From Armatimonadota bacterium (GTDB lineage Bacteria; Vulcanimicrobiota; Vulcanimicrobiia; Vulcanimicrobiales; Vulcanimicrobiaceae): a DNA stretch of 64,000 nucleotides. This document shows, one piece after another, positions 27,697-35,782 of this stretch. The stretch is taken from the NCBI GenBank assembly GCA_037441145.1, contig JBBISR010000007.1:24988-88987 (forward strand), written 5' to 3'. How positions within the stretch are numbered: the stretch's first letter is position 1; the number at the start of each line of letters is the position of its first letter. Below the pieces are notes generated by a model, which was not told the DNA's origin, did not search any database, and worked only from the letters and a program-made list of their open reading frames with translations. The translations under genes were made by a program, and so were the position numbers.

Positions 27697-27730
27697 AAGC
27701 CCCGCGGAGCAGCATCCGCGGGGCTTTTTT
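27697..27730 (+). terminator. intrinsic terminator after tRNA-Leu
   Basis: 11-bp perfect stem AGCCCCGCGGA-gcagca-TCCGCGGGGCT followed by TTTTTTA. Confidence 0.75.
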
Positions 27731-27832
27731 ATCGAGCGAGCGAAACTTTGGCGCCCCGGTTGCCGTAGCGAAATCGGCGGCGTTTTTGTGCGACCGTCGA
27801 AACCAGAAACCGGGAAACTGAGGAATTTCGGT

Positions 27833-30800
27833 ATGTGGCTGACCCGCTTTGCGATCCAGCGGCCGATCATCACGTCGATGGCGTTTATCGCCCTCGCGCT
27901 TTTCGGTTTCGTCTCGTTCAACCAGATCGGCCGAAGCGATCAGCCGAACGTCGCCTTTCCGATCGTCGTCGTCGTCGCGAGCTATCCGGGCGCTTCGCCC
28001 GCGGAGATGGAGAAGCTCGTCCTCAAGCCGCTCGAAGATCAGATCGACGGGATCGAACACCTCGATCGGATGACGGCGACCGCGCAAGAAGGCATCGGCA
28101 CCGTCGCCGTGCAGTTCAAGATCGACACGAATCTCGATTTCGCAGCGATCGACGTGCAGCGACGGGTGGATACCGCGCGTGTGTACATGCCGAACGACCT
28201 CAACCCGCCCGAAGTGATCAAGAACGGCGCCGACACGCCGATGATGACCTACGCGGTCAGCTCGAAGACCATGTCGCGCGAAGCGCTCGGCGATCTCATC
28301 CACGACCGCATCTCTCCGGAAATCAAACACATCCCGTACGTCTCGGGTACGGATGTCCGCGGCGACGTGACGCGCGAAATTCAGGTCGAGCCCGATCCGC
28401 AGCGGCTCGCGATGATCGGTGCGACGCTCCCCGATCTCTACGCCGCGATCGCGAACAACAACGCGACGCTGCCGGGTGGCCGCATCGACGAGCCGACGCG
28501 CGAAACGACCGTCTCGATTCACGCCGATATCGTGAACGCAAACGATATCCTCGGCATCCCGCTCCCGACCGTCTCGGCGGGCAATCGCACGACGAAGATC
28601 GGCGACGTCGCGCGCGTCATCGACGGCCATGCGGACCAACGCGTGGTTTCGCACTATAACGGCGTCGCGGGCATCATCATGGATGTCACGCGCACGATCA
28701 CCTCGGACGAGCTCAATTCGACCGATGCGCTGCGCGCGCAGATGAAGGTCATCCGGGCGGAATATCCGTCGGTGAACTTTCAAGAGATCTTCGCGCCCGC
28801 CGATTACACGAAGTCCGCGCTCATCGGCGTCGTCGAAAGCTTGCTCGAGGGCATCGCGCTCACGGCCGTCGTGCTGATGTTCTTCTTACACGCGTGGCGT
28901 AACGCCGTCGTCGTGATGCTCGCGATCCCGGCATCGCTGCTCGCGACGTTCATCGTGATGAAGATGCTCAATTTCTTGCTCGATTCGATCTCGCTGATGG
29001 CGCTCTCGCTCATCATCGGTATCCTCGTCGACGACTCGATCGTCGTGCTCGAAAACATCACGCGGCACAGGGATCTCGGCCAGAATCCGACGGATGCGGC
29101 GATCATGGGGCGCACGGAAATTGGCGGCGCCGCCGTCGCGATCACGCTCGTCGATGTCGTGGTGTTCTTCCCGATCGCGTTCATGTCGGGGATCGTTGGG
29201 AAGTATTTCGTCGAGTTCGGGATCGTCGTCGTCGTGGCGACGCTCTTCTCGCTGCTCGTCTCGTTTACGCTCACGCCGATGCTCGCGGCGCGGTGGTCGG
29301 TCGTTCGCCGTTCGACTGCCGTGCCGGTCGCCTTCGCTTGGTTCCAGACGGGCTTCGATCGCCTCTCGATTTTCTATCGCGACCGGATCGTCAAGTGGTC
29401 CCTCTCGCATAAGCTCATCGTCGTCGCGGGCTGCTTCGCGCTCGTGATCGGGGCGATCGCGCTCCCGGCGCTCGGCTTCGTGCAGAGCGAGTTCATCCCG
29501 GCCGAGCCTAGCGGCGATATTCCGATGACCGTCACGTTCCCGGTCGGCACGACGCTTGCGACGACGCAAGCGCGCATCGACGCGCTTGAACTCGCGATCC
29601 TGAAAATCCCCGGAATCGAACGCACGATCTCGACGACCGGCACGAAGCCGAGCGGTTTTTCGAGCACGCGTGCGGGCAACGTCGCACGCCTGACCGCGAC
29701 GATGGAGACATCGCGTCGGCGGGAAACCCAGCGCGCCGTCCTAGAAATCCGGAAACTCGAATACCTCGTACCGGGCGCGCGGTTTACCGTCTCGCAAAAC
29801 GGCGGCGGTGGCGGCGGTTCGGCGATCAACTACACGCTCTCCGGCCCCGACGATCAGATCGATGCGGCGGCGCTCAAGCTCGCGTCGTTCGTCCGCGCGA
29901 TCGATGGCACGGCGAACGTCCAGACGGGCGCGGAAGCCGATGCGCCCCGCCTGAACATCCAAATCGATCCCCGGAAATGCGCGATCCTCGGCGTCTCGCC
30001 CGGCACCGCGGCGACGGCGGCGCGTACGGCAGTCGGCGGCATCGTCGCGACCCGCGTACGTACCGCGACGCGCCTCATCGACGTCCGGCTCCAATCGCCG
30101 CTCGTCGACCGCTCGTCGATCGATCAGATCCGGACGATCAAGGTGCGCGCAAACGATGGCAGCTTTGTGAACCTCTCGCAGATCGCCACGTTCACGCTCG
30201 GCCACGCACCGACGAAAATCCAGCGCGAATCGCGCGAACGCGTTGCAACCGTCACGGGCGATGTCGATCCCGGCAAGTCGACGACGCTCGGCTCGGTCAC
30301 GGGCCGAATCGATAAGGCGATCGCGGGTGGCCTGCTACCGGGCGGCGTGCACCTCAAAGCACAGGGCGACAGCCAATTCCTCGCCGAGACGCTTTCGAGC
30401 CTCGGCCTGGCGTTGCTGACCTCGTTCATGCTCGTGTACATGCTGATGGTGGTACTCTACGGCTCGTTCGGCACGCCGTTCGTCGTGATGTTCTCGGTGC
30501 CGGTCGCGGCGGTCGGCGCGCTCGGTGCGCTCGCGGTCTCGCATCAGACGATCAATCTGTTCTCTATGATCGGGTTGATCATGCTCTTCGGCCTCGTGGC
30601 GAAGAACGGTATCCTGCTCGTCGATTACGCGAACACGCTCAAGCACCGCGGCTTACGCACGTACGACGCGATGGTCGGCGCTTGCGGAACGCGCTTACGG
30701 CCGATCGTCATGACCACGGCCGCGATGATCTTCGGGATGTTGCCGCTCGCCCTCGGCGTTGCGGAAGGCGCGGCGATCCGGCAGTCGATCGGTACCGTCA

Positions 30801-30949
30801 TCATCGGCGGCTTGATCAGCTCGCTCCTGATGACCCTCGTGCTCGTTCCCGTGATCTACGTGTATTTCGGCCAACGTGCGGAGCGCCGAGCGGATCGCAA
30901 GGCGATGCGCGCGGAGCACAAAACGGCTGAAGCATTCGCGTTGCGTTAA
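27833..30949 (+). CDS. RND-family efflux transporter (AcrB/HAE1-like inner-membrane subunit)
   Basis: MWLTRFAIQRPIITSMAFIALALFG...ASYPGASPAEME is the typical AcrB N-terminus. The protein is 1038 aa with a 12-TM pattern. The ATG at 27833 has a GAGGA RBS. No adjacent membrane-fusion or outer-membrane partner gene. Confidence 0.9.
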   Translation: MWLTRFAIQRPIITSMAFIALALFGFVSFNQIGRSDQPNVAFPIVVVVASYPGASPAEMEKLVLKPLEDQIDGIEHLDRMTATAQEGIGTVAVQFKIDTNLDFAAIDVQRRVDTARVYMPNDLNPPEVIKNGADTPMMTYAVSSKTMSREALGDLIHDRISPEIKHIPYVSGTDVRGDVTREIQVEPDPQRLAMIGATLPDLYAAIANNNATLPGGRIDEPTRETTVSIHADIVNANDILGIPLPTVSAGNRTTKIGDVARVIDGHADQRVVSHYNGVAGIIMDVTRTITSDELNSTDALRAQMKVIRAEYPSVNFQEIFAPADYTKSALIGVVESLLEGIALTAVVLMFFLHAWRNAVVVMLAIPASLLATFIVMKMLNFLLDSISLMALSLIIGILVDDSIVVLENITRHRDLGQNPTDAAIMGRTEIGGAAVAITLVDVVVFFPIAFMSGIVGKYFVEFGIVVVVATLFSLLVSFTLTPMLAARWSVVRRSTAVPVAFAWFQTGFDRLSIFYRDRIVKWSLSHKLIVVAGCFALVIGAIALPALGFVQSEFIPAEPSGDIPMTVTFPVGTTLATTQARIDALELAILKIPGIERTISTTGTKPSGFSSTRAGNVARLTATMETSRRRETQRAVLEIRKLEYLVPGARFTVSQNGGGGGGSAINYTLSGPDDQIDAAALKLASFVRAIDGTANVQTGAEADAPRLNIQIDPRKCAILGVSPGTAATAARTAVGGIVATRVRTATRLIDVRLQSPLVDRSSIDQIRTIKVRANDGSFVNLSQIATFTLGHAPTKIQRESRERVATVTGDVDPGKSTTLGSVTGRIDKAIAGGLLPGGVHLKAQGDSQFLAETLSSLGLALLTSFMLVYMLMVVLYGSFGTPFVVMFSVPVAAVGALGALAVSHQTINLFSMIGLIMLFGLVAKNGILLVDYANTLKHRGLRTYDAMVGACGTRLRPIVMTTAAMIFGMLPLALGVAEGAAIRQSIGTVIIGGLISSLLMTLVLVPVIYVYFGQRAERRADRKAMRAEHKTAEAFALR

Positions 30950-31031
30950 GGCCGAGTCGGCAGGCGTAAGGTGGGATCTTCCTGGGTAAGGCCTTGTCGC
31001 TACAAGGAAACACCTTTTCTAGGAGGTCCCG

Positions 31032-32138
31032 ATGCCCCGAATACCCGCACGTCTCCGCCAGGTCGCAATTTCGGCCGCAACGCTCGTCGCACTCTGCACG
31101 GCACCCGCGCTCGCGGACGTGCAAGTGACGCTGAACGGTGCCAATTTGCCGTTGTCTCCCGCTCCGATCGAGCGCGCTGGCCGCATCTTCGTCCCGCTGC
31201 GTGGTATTTTCCAGGGTCTCGGCGCCACGGTCGTCTACCAGGGCGGCCAAATCAACGCGACGGGTGGTAATCGCACGGTCTCGCTGCAGATCGGCTCGCG
31301 CACGGCGACGGTTAATGGTCAGCAGCAGAACCTCGACATACCCCCGTTCGTGATCGGCGCCAGCACGTACGTCCCGCTGCGCTTCGTCTCGCAGGCGCTC
31401 GGGGCGAACGTCAACTACGACGGCGAACATCAGATCGTCGCCATTTCGAGCAACGGCGCCGCCCCCGTCTCGTATAACGCACCGCCGACGAGCGCGCCGG
31501 CTGCGGCTCCCACCGCCGCCGCCGCGGTCAATAGCGTGAATCTCGCTGCCGTGGTACCCGCGCGCAACGCTAGCGTGAGCCTGACGCGCCCGGCGATCCG
31601 CGCGAACTTCGATCAGCCGGTCGATGTCGGTACCGTCCACGTCTATCTCGATGGTCGCGACGTTTCGAACAATGCGTACCTCAACCCGAACCAGGTGGAT
31701 TTCACGCCGCCGTACGATCTGCCGGCCGAGAAGCACGGCGTGCGGATCACCGGGAAGAATCAGGCCGGCGCGCCGTTCGATCGTTCGTGGGCGTTCACGA
31801 CTACCGATGCCGTCGCGGCTCCCACCGCGAATTACATCAATAACCTGAGCCCGGCCGACGGCGGCCAGGTCGGTGGAACGTTCCGCGTCCGTGGCACGAC
31901 GCTTCCGAATGCGAAACTGCACATCGTCGCCAAGGGCGCGGGCGCGACGCTCGGCGGTATCTTCAAGATCAGCGACGGCGATACGTACACGACCGACGTG
32001 CAAGCGGACGATGCGGGCAAATTCGACGCCGAAGTCAGCGTAAATAACCCGCCCGGCGGTTCCGTGATCGTCGCGCTACAGTCGGTGTCGCCGAACGGCC
32101 AGGCCTTCGCACGCCGCTTGCAGTTGCAAACGAAGTAG
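31032..32138 (+). CDS. secreted protein with copper amine oxidase N-terminal-like (stalk) domain and Ig-like repeats
   Basis: Signal peptide ending ALA|DVQ. VPLRGIFQGLGATVVY...TATVNGQQQNLDIPPFVIGASTYVPLRFVSQALGANVNYDG is the typical stalk-domain pattern. Confidence 0.75.
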   Translation: MPRIPARLRQVAISAATLVALCTAPALADVQVTLNGANLPLSPAPIERAGRIFVPLRGIFQGLGATVVYQGGQINATGGNRTVSLQIGSRTATVNGQQQNLDIPPFVIGASTYVPLRFVSQALGANVNYDGEHQIVAISSNGAAPVSYNAPPTSAPAAAPTAAAAVNSVNLAAVVPARNASVSLTRPAIRANFDQPVDVGTVHVYLDGRDVSNNAYLNPNQVDFTPPYDLPAEKHGVRITGKNQAGAPFDRSWAFTTTDAVAAPTANYINNLSPADGGQVGGTFRVRGTTLPNAKLHIVAKGAGATLGGIFKISDGDTYTTDVQADDAGKFDAEVSVNNPPGGSVIVALQSVSPNGQAFARRLQLQTK

Positions 32139-32145
32139 CGGTTGC

Positions 32146-32811
32146 CTACAGGGTGCGCTCGATCCAAGCGATCGAGCGCGCCAAGATCTCTGGCTGGTTC
32201 GCGGTCCATAACGCGAGGCCGGAATCGGCCGACGGGTACGCAAAGGCCTCGGACGGCGTTCCCGATTGTGCGATGAACGCGGGGATCGATGCCGCGGAAA
32301 CGGGGTCTTCCGCCCCGTAGATCACGTAGGTCGATCGGGGCGCGAAGGTCCCCGTGCCGGCGAGCGTGCGCGCCCGCTCTTCATCGAGCCCGATGCACAC
32401 GGCACTCGCCGTGCCCCATCCGCGCGCCGAAGCGGCGTAGGCGAGCGCGCCGCCGAGGCCGAGGCCGATCGTCGCGATGCGCCCGCGTTGCGTGCGCGGT
32501 TGGCGATTGAGAAACGCCAGCGCCGCGCTCGTGTCCAGCGCATAGGTGTTCGCGCTGTCGCCGTCATCGTCCGAGGGGCGGAGCAGGTCGGCTCGGATGT
32601 CTTGACGGACAGACTCGCCGTGCCCGCGCAGATCGAAGGTCAAGACACCCCAACCCCGCGATTGGAACGTGCGCACGTACGGCTCCCACACGGAGCGGTC
32701 CGACGCGAAATCGTGCACGAGCAAGAGCGCGATCGCCTCGTCCGTTCGCGGTTCCCAATAGGTCCCACGCAGATGCACGCTATCGTTCGACAAAAAATTA
32801 ACCTGCCGCAT
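32146..32811 (-). CDS. alpha/beta-hydrolase-fold protein (nucleophile elbow reads GLGLGG)
   Basis: LLVHDFASDRSVWEPY...FDLRGHGES is an alpha/beta-hydrolase pattern. The expected GxSxG position reads IGLGLGG, without Ser. ATG at 32811, with an alternative at 32844. Confidence 0.65.
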   Translation of the reverse strand: MRQVNFLSNDSVHLRGTYWEPRTDEAIALLLVHDFASDRSVWEPYVRTFQSRGWGVLTFDLRGHGESVRQDIRADLLRPSDDDGDSANTYALDTSAALAFLNRQPRTQRGRIATIGLGLGGALAYAASARGWGTASAVCIGLDEERARTLAGTGTFAPRSTYVIYGAEDPVSAASIPAFIAQSGTPSEAFAYPSADSGLALWTANQPEILARSIAWIERTL

Positions 32812-32882
32812 CGCGGGCTCGATCCGCGGCGGTATGAAACGCATCGTGCTAGCGTACGAACGAGCCGGGAACGAGTCCTTTC

Positions 32883-33656
32883 GTGAGCGCATCACACGGA
32901 CGTTTGGCCTTGGTAACGGCCGCCGCATCGGGGCTCGCTCGCGGATCGGCGCTCGCGCTCGCGCGTGCGGGCTATCGGATCGCGATTACGACGAAGCCCG
33001 GCGGAACGAGCGCGGATGCTACGCTCGCGCACGTACGCGCACACGATCCCGAAGCGCTTGCGATCGCAGCGGACGTGAGCGAACCGGGTGTTGCGGCGAC
33101 GGTCGTTGCGGCGATCGAACGCGCGCGCGGGCCGATCGACGTACTCGTGCACGCGCTCGGGCCGATCGTCGTCAAGCGTTTCGCGAACTGCACGTTTGCC
33201 GAACACGAAGCGATGATCCATGGCAATTATTCGAGCAGCGTTGCGCTTGCGTTCGCGCTGTTGCCCGGCATGCGCGAACGCCGGTTCGGGCGGCTCGTCT
33301 TTTTCGGCATGAATGGCACGCATGCAACGCAGCCCGCGCGCGGGATGGCGCTTTACGGCGCCGCGAAGGCTGCGGTCGTCACGTTCGCGCGCACGCTCGC
33401 TTTAGAAGAAGCGCAATTCGGGATCACGACGAATGTGATCGAACCCGGGGATATTCGCGACAAAAATGCGGACCGCGCGCTCGCGAAGACCATGCCGGCC
33501 GCGAACCCGACGGGTCACGCGGGATCGTGGGAAGATATCGCCGAGGCGGTGCTCTTCGCGGTTTCGGACAACGCCTCGTTTTTGAATGGAATGGTTATCG
33601 GCGTGAACGGCGGGCTCGTGGAGCCATTCGAGAGTTACGGTTCCACCCCGCAATGA
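32883..33656 (+). CDS. SDR-family oxidoreductase
   Basis: LALVTAAASGLARG..., YGAAKAAV (YxxxK) and NVIEPG. An ATGA overlap links it to the downstream glycosyltransferase. Confidence 0.85.
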   Translation: MSASHGRLALVTAAASGLARGSALALARAGYRIAITTKPGGTSADATLAHVRAHDPEALAIAADVSEPGVAATVVAAIERARGPIDVLVHALGPIVVKRFANCTFAEHEAMIHGNYSSSVALAFALLPGMRERRFGRLVFFGMNGTHATQPARGMALYGAAKAAVVTFARTLALEEAQFGITTNVIEPGDIRDKNADRALAKTMPAANPTGHAGSWEDIAEAVLFAVSDNASFLNGMVIGVNGGLVEPFESYGSTPQ

Positions 33657-35236
33657 TCGTGGTGGTCTGGATCCTCGTCGGCCTCGTCACGCTCATGCGT
33701 TGCGTCGCCGTCTTCAAGGTGCCGCTTACGGGTGACGAAGCGTATTACTGGGAGTGGTCCCGCCATCTCGCGTTCGGGTACGTCGATCATCCACCGATGG
33801 TCGCCTGGACCGTCGGGCTCTTCGCGCCGTTCGGCACGGAATCGCCGGGCGTCACGCGCCTCGGGTTTGTCCTTTGTGGCCTGATCGCCACGCTCGCGGG
33901 CGCAGCGTGCGCGACGCGCCTTGCGGGCGGCGATCGGCGCGCGGGTGCGGTAACGGCGCTTGCCATCACGCTGACGCCGCTCTTGTGGCTCGCGTTCGGA
34001 AGCGTGCAGCCCGATGGGCCGTATCTCGCGGCCTGGACCGTTTCGCTCTGGCTTGCGGTGCGCGCGTTTCAGACGAAGCGCCGCCTCGATTTCGTCTTCC
34101 TCGGTTTTGCGCTCGGTGCCGCGGTGCTCTCGCGCATGTTCGGGTTCGCGCTCGTGGCGGGTATCGCGCTCTACGCGCTCGCACCCGCACGCCGAGCGCT
34201 GTGGCGTGAGGGTCTGCTCATCTCGTTCGGCATCCTTGCGGCGTGCTTCGCGCCGTTCTTGTGGTGGAATGCAGAGCATCACTGGGTGACGTTTGCGTTT
34301 ACGTTCGTCGGGCGCCACGTGCACGAAGCCGCCTCGACCGATCATCCGCTGCGGCGTTTTCTCGGGATGTACGCGACGGAAGCTGCGGCCTATTCGCCGG
34401 GATTTTTCCTCGCGGCGCTCTGGTGCGCGATCCGGCCGCGGCATTCGCTGCTCGCGTATACCGCGATCCCGCTCTTACTTCTGATGTCCGCGCTCGTGTG
34501 GTTCGAACGCGTCGAGATCCACTGGATCTTCGGTGCTTATGCATCGCTCTGCATCGCGCTCGGCGTCGAGTACACGCACCTCTCCCATCGCAGCCGCATC
34601 ATCTGGGCGAGCGCCTCGCTCGTGCCGGCGTTTTTCTTGCTCCCGCTGATCTTCGTCGCGGCCGTCGCGCCCGGCGAAGCGTACCAGGCATTCCGCAATA
34701 ACAGCGGCGGCTCGACGTTGCGGAACACCGGGCCGTTCGAGATCTTCACCGTATGGCCGCTCGCGCAAGACGTACGGAAGCTCGCCGATGCGCACAAGGC
34801 GATGGTGATGACCGATGGCTACGGGCTTTCCGCAACGCTCGATTACGATGCGGGCGTGCCGCCGGTGGTGATCGGATATAATTGGCAAGGCCGTGAAGCG
34901 CGGCGCTGGTATCCGTCGGACCGCGCGCTGACGAATCCGACGCTCTTCGTCGATAAGGAATCGCTCTTCAAGCGGCCGGATCATCCGAAGGACGACGGGC
35001 GTGCCGATTTCGCGAAGCAGCTCAAGCGCGCGTGCGGGAATGTGCGCGTCGAGCCGAAGCCGCTCGCGTATAGCGTGTATCCGGGCGTGCCGGCGCGCGA
35101 ATATTTTCTGACGTGGTGCGACGATCCGAAGCCCGATGCGCTCGCGATCCTGCGCTGGCAACGCGAACCGTCGTCGTTGAACGAACGGCCGTGGGAGCGT
35201 GTCGCGCTCGGTGGGGCGAAGCTCGCGAGGCCGTGA
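33653..35236 (+). CDS. GT-C (family 39/ArnT/PMT-like) membrane glycosyltransferase
   Basis: PLTGDEAYYWEWSRHLAFGYVDHPPMVAW is the hallmark N-terminal loop, followed by ~10 TM helices and a C-terminal soluble domain. ATG at 33653. Confidence 0.8.
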   Translation: MIVVVWILVGLVTLMRCVAVFKVPLTGDEAYYWEWSRHLAFGYVDHPPMVAWTVGLFAPFGTESPGVTRLGFVLCGLIATLAGAACATRLAGGDRRAGAVTALAITLTPLLWLAFGSVQPDGPYLAAWTVSLWLAVRAFQTKRRLDFVFLGFALGAAVLSRMFGFALVAGIALYALAPARRALWREGLLISFGILAACFAPFLWWNAEHHWVTFAFTFVGRHVHEAASTDHPLRRFLGMYATEAAAYSPGFFLAALWCAIRPRHSLLAYTAIPLLLLMSALVWFERVEIHWIFGAYASLCIALGVEYTHLSHRSRIIWASASLVPAFFLLPLIFVAAVAPGEAYQAFRNNSGGSTLRNTGPFEIFTVWPLAQDVRKLADAHKAMVMTDGYGLSATLDYDAGVPPVVIGYNWQGREARRWYPSDRALTNPTLFVDKESLFKRPDHPKDDGRADFAKQLKRACGNVRVEPKPLAYSVYPGVPAREYFLTWCDDPKPDALAILRWQREPSSLNERPWERVALGGAKLARP

Positions 35237-35778
35237 GCCTCGATTACATCCCGCTGACCGCTACGGCGGGCAAACCGACGACCACACGCGAGCTCCGTTC
35301 GCTTGCGTGCGAGCGCATGCGTGGGCTCGGCTACCCCGTCGTGGCAACCGAATTCACGCCGCGTATCGGCGGCGTGCGCTTCGACGTGATCGGCATCGGC
35401 CGGTTCACGCGCCAAGTTCGCATCTACGAGGTCAAATCGTCACGTGCGGATTTCTTGAGCGACGCAAAATGGGAACGCTACCTGCCGTTTGCGACGCACT
35501 TCGCGTTTGTCGCGCCGGCGGGTGCGATCCAACGTTGGGAAGTCGATCCGCGTGTCGGCCTGATCGAATACGGCGCACCCGCGTTTTCGCGGATGCGCGC
35601 CGCACGGCGATTCGGCGCGACGATCTTGCGCGAGGATTGCTTGCGCTCCGTGCGACCGTCGCGCCGCTTACGCGAGCACGTCGCCGACGACGAATGGATC
35701 GCGCTTCTCGAAACCCTTGCCTTCGGTGCGCAGTTGAGCGCAGTTGAGTTCTCGTTCGTTGATGGAGCTGGTATCTAA
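35233..35778 (+). CDS. MmcB-like (PD-(D/E)xK-type) DNA repair family protein
   Basis: RFDVIGIG...IYEVKSSRADFLSDAKWERYLPFATHFAFVAP matches the MmcB family pattern. The GTG at 35233 forms a GTGA overlap with the GT39 stop. Confidence 0.6.
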   Translation: MSLDYIPLTATAGKPTTTRELRSLACERMRGLGYPVVATEFTPRIGGVRFDVIGIGRFTRQVRIYEVKSSRADFLSDAKWERYLPFATHFAFVAPAGAIQRWEVDPRVGLIEYGAPAFSRMRAARRFGATILREDCLRSVRPSRRLREHVADDEWIALLETLAFGAQLSAVEFSFVDGAGI

Positions 35779-35782
35779 CGTT

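Noticed and set aside
25033-28783. Minus-strand ORFs 25033-26409 (458 aa) and 27560-28783 (407 aa)
   Set aside because: They are antisense to the BKACE, DppB-like and RND genes. The 27560 ORF would also run through the tRNA-Leu gene and its terminator.
32834-33652. First 273 codons of the 800-aa ORF 32834-35236
   Set aside because: They are Arg-rich and overlap the well-supported SDR gene in another frame. The glycosyltransferase homology begins at ATG 33653, which forms an ATGA overlap with the SDR stop.
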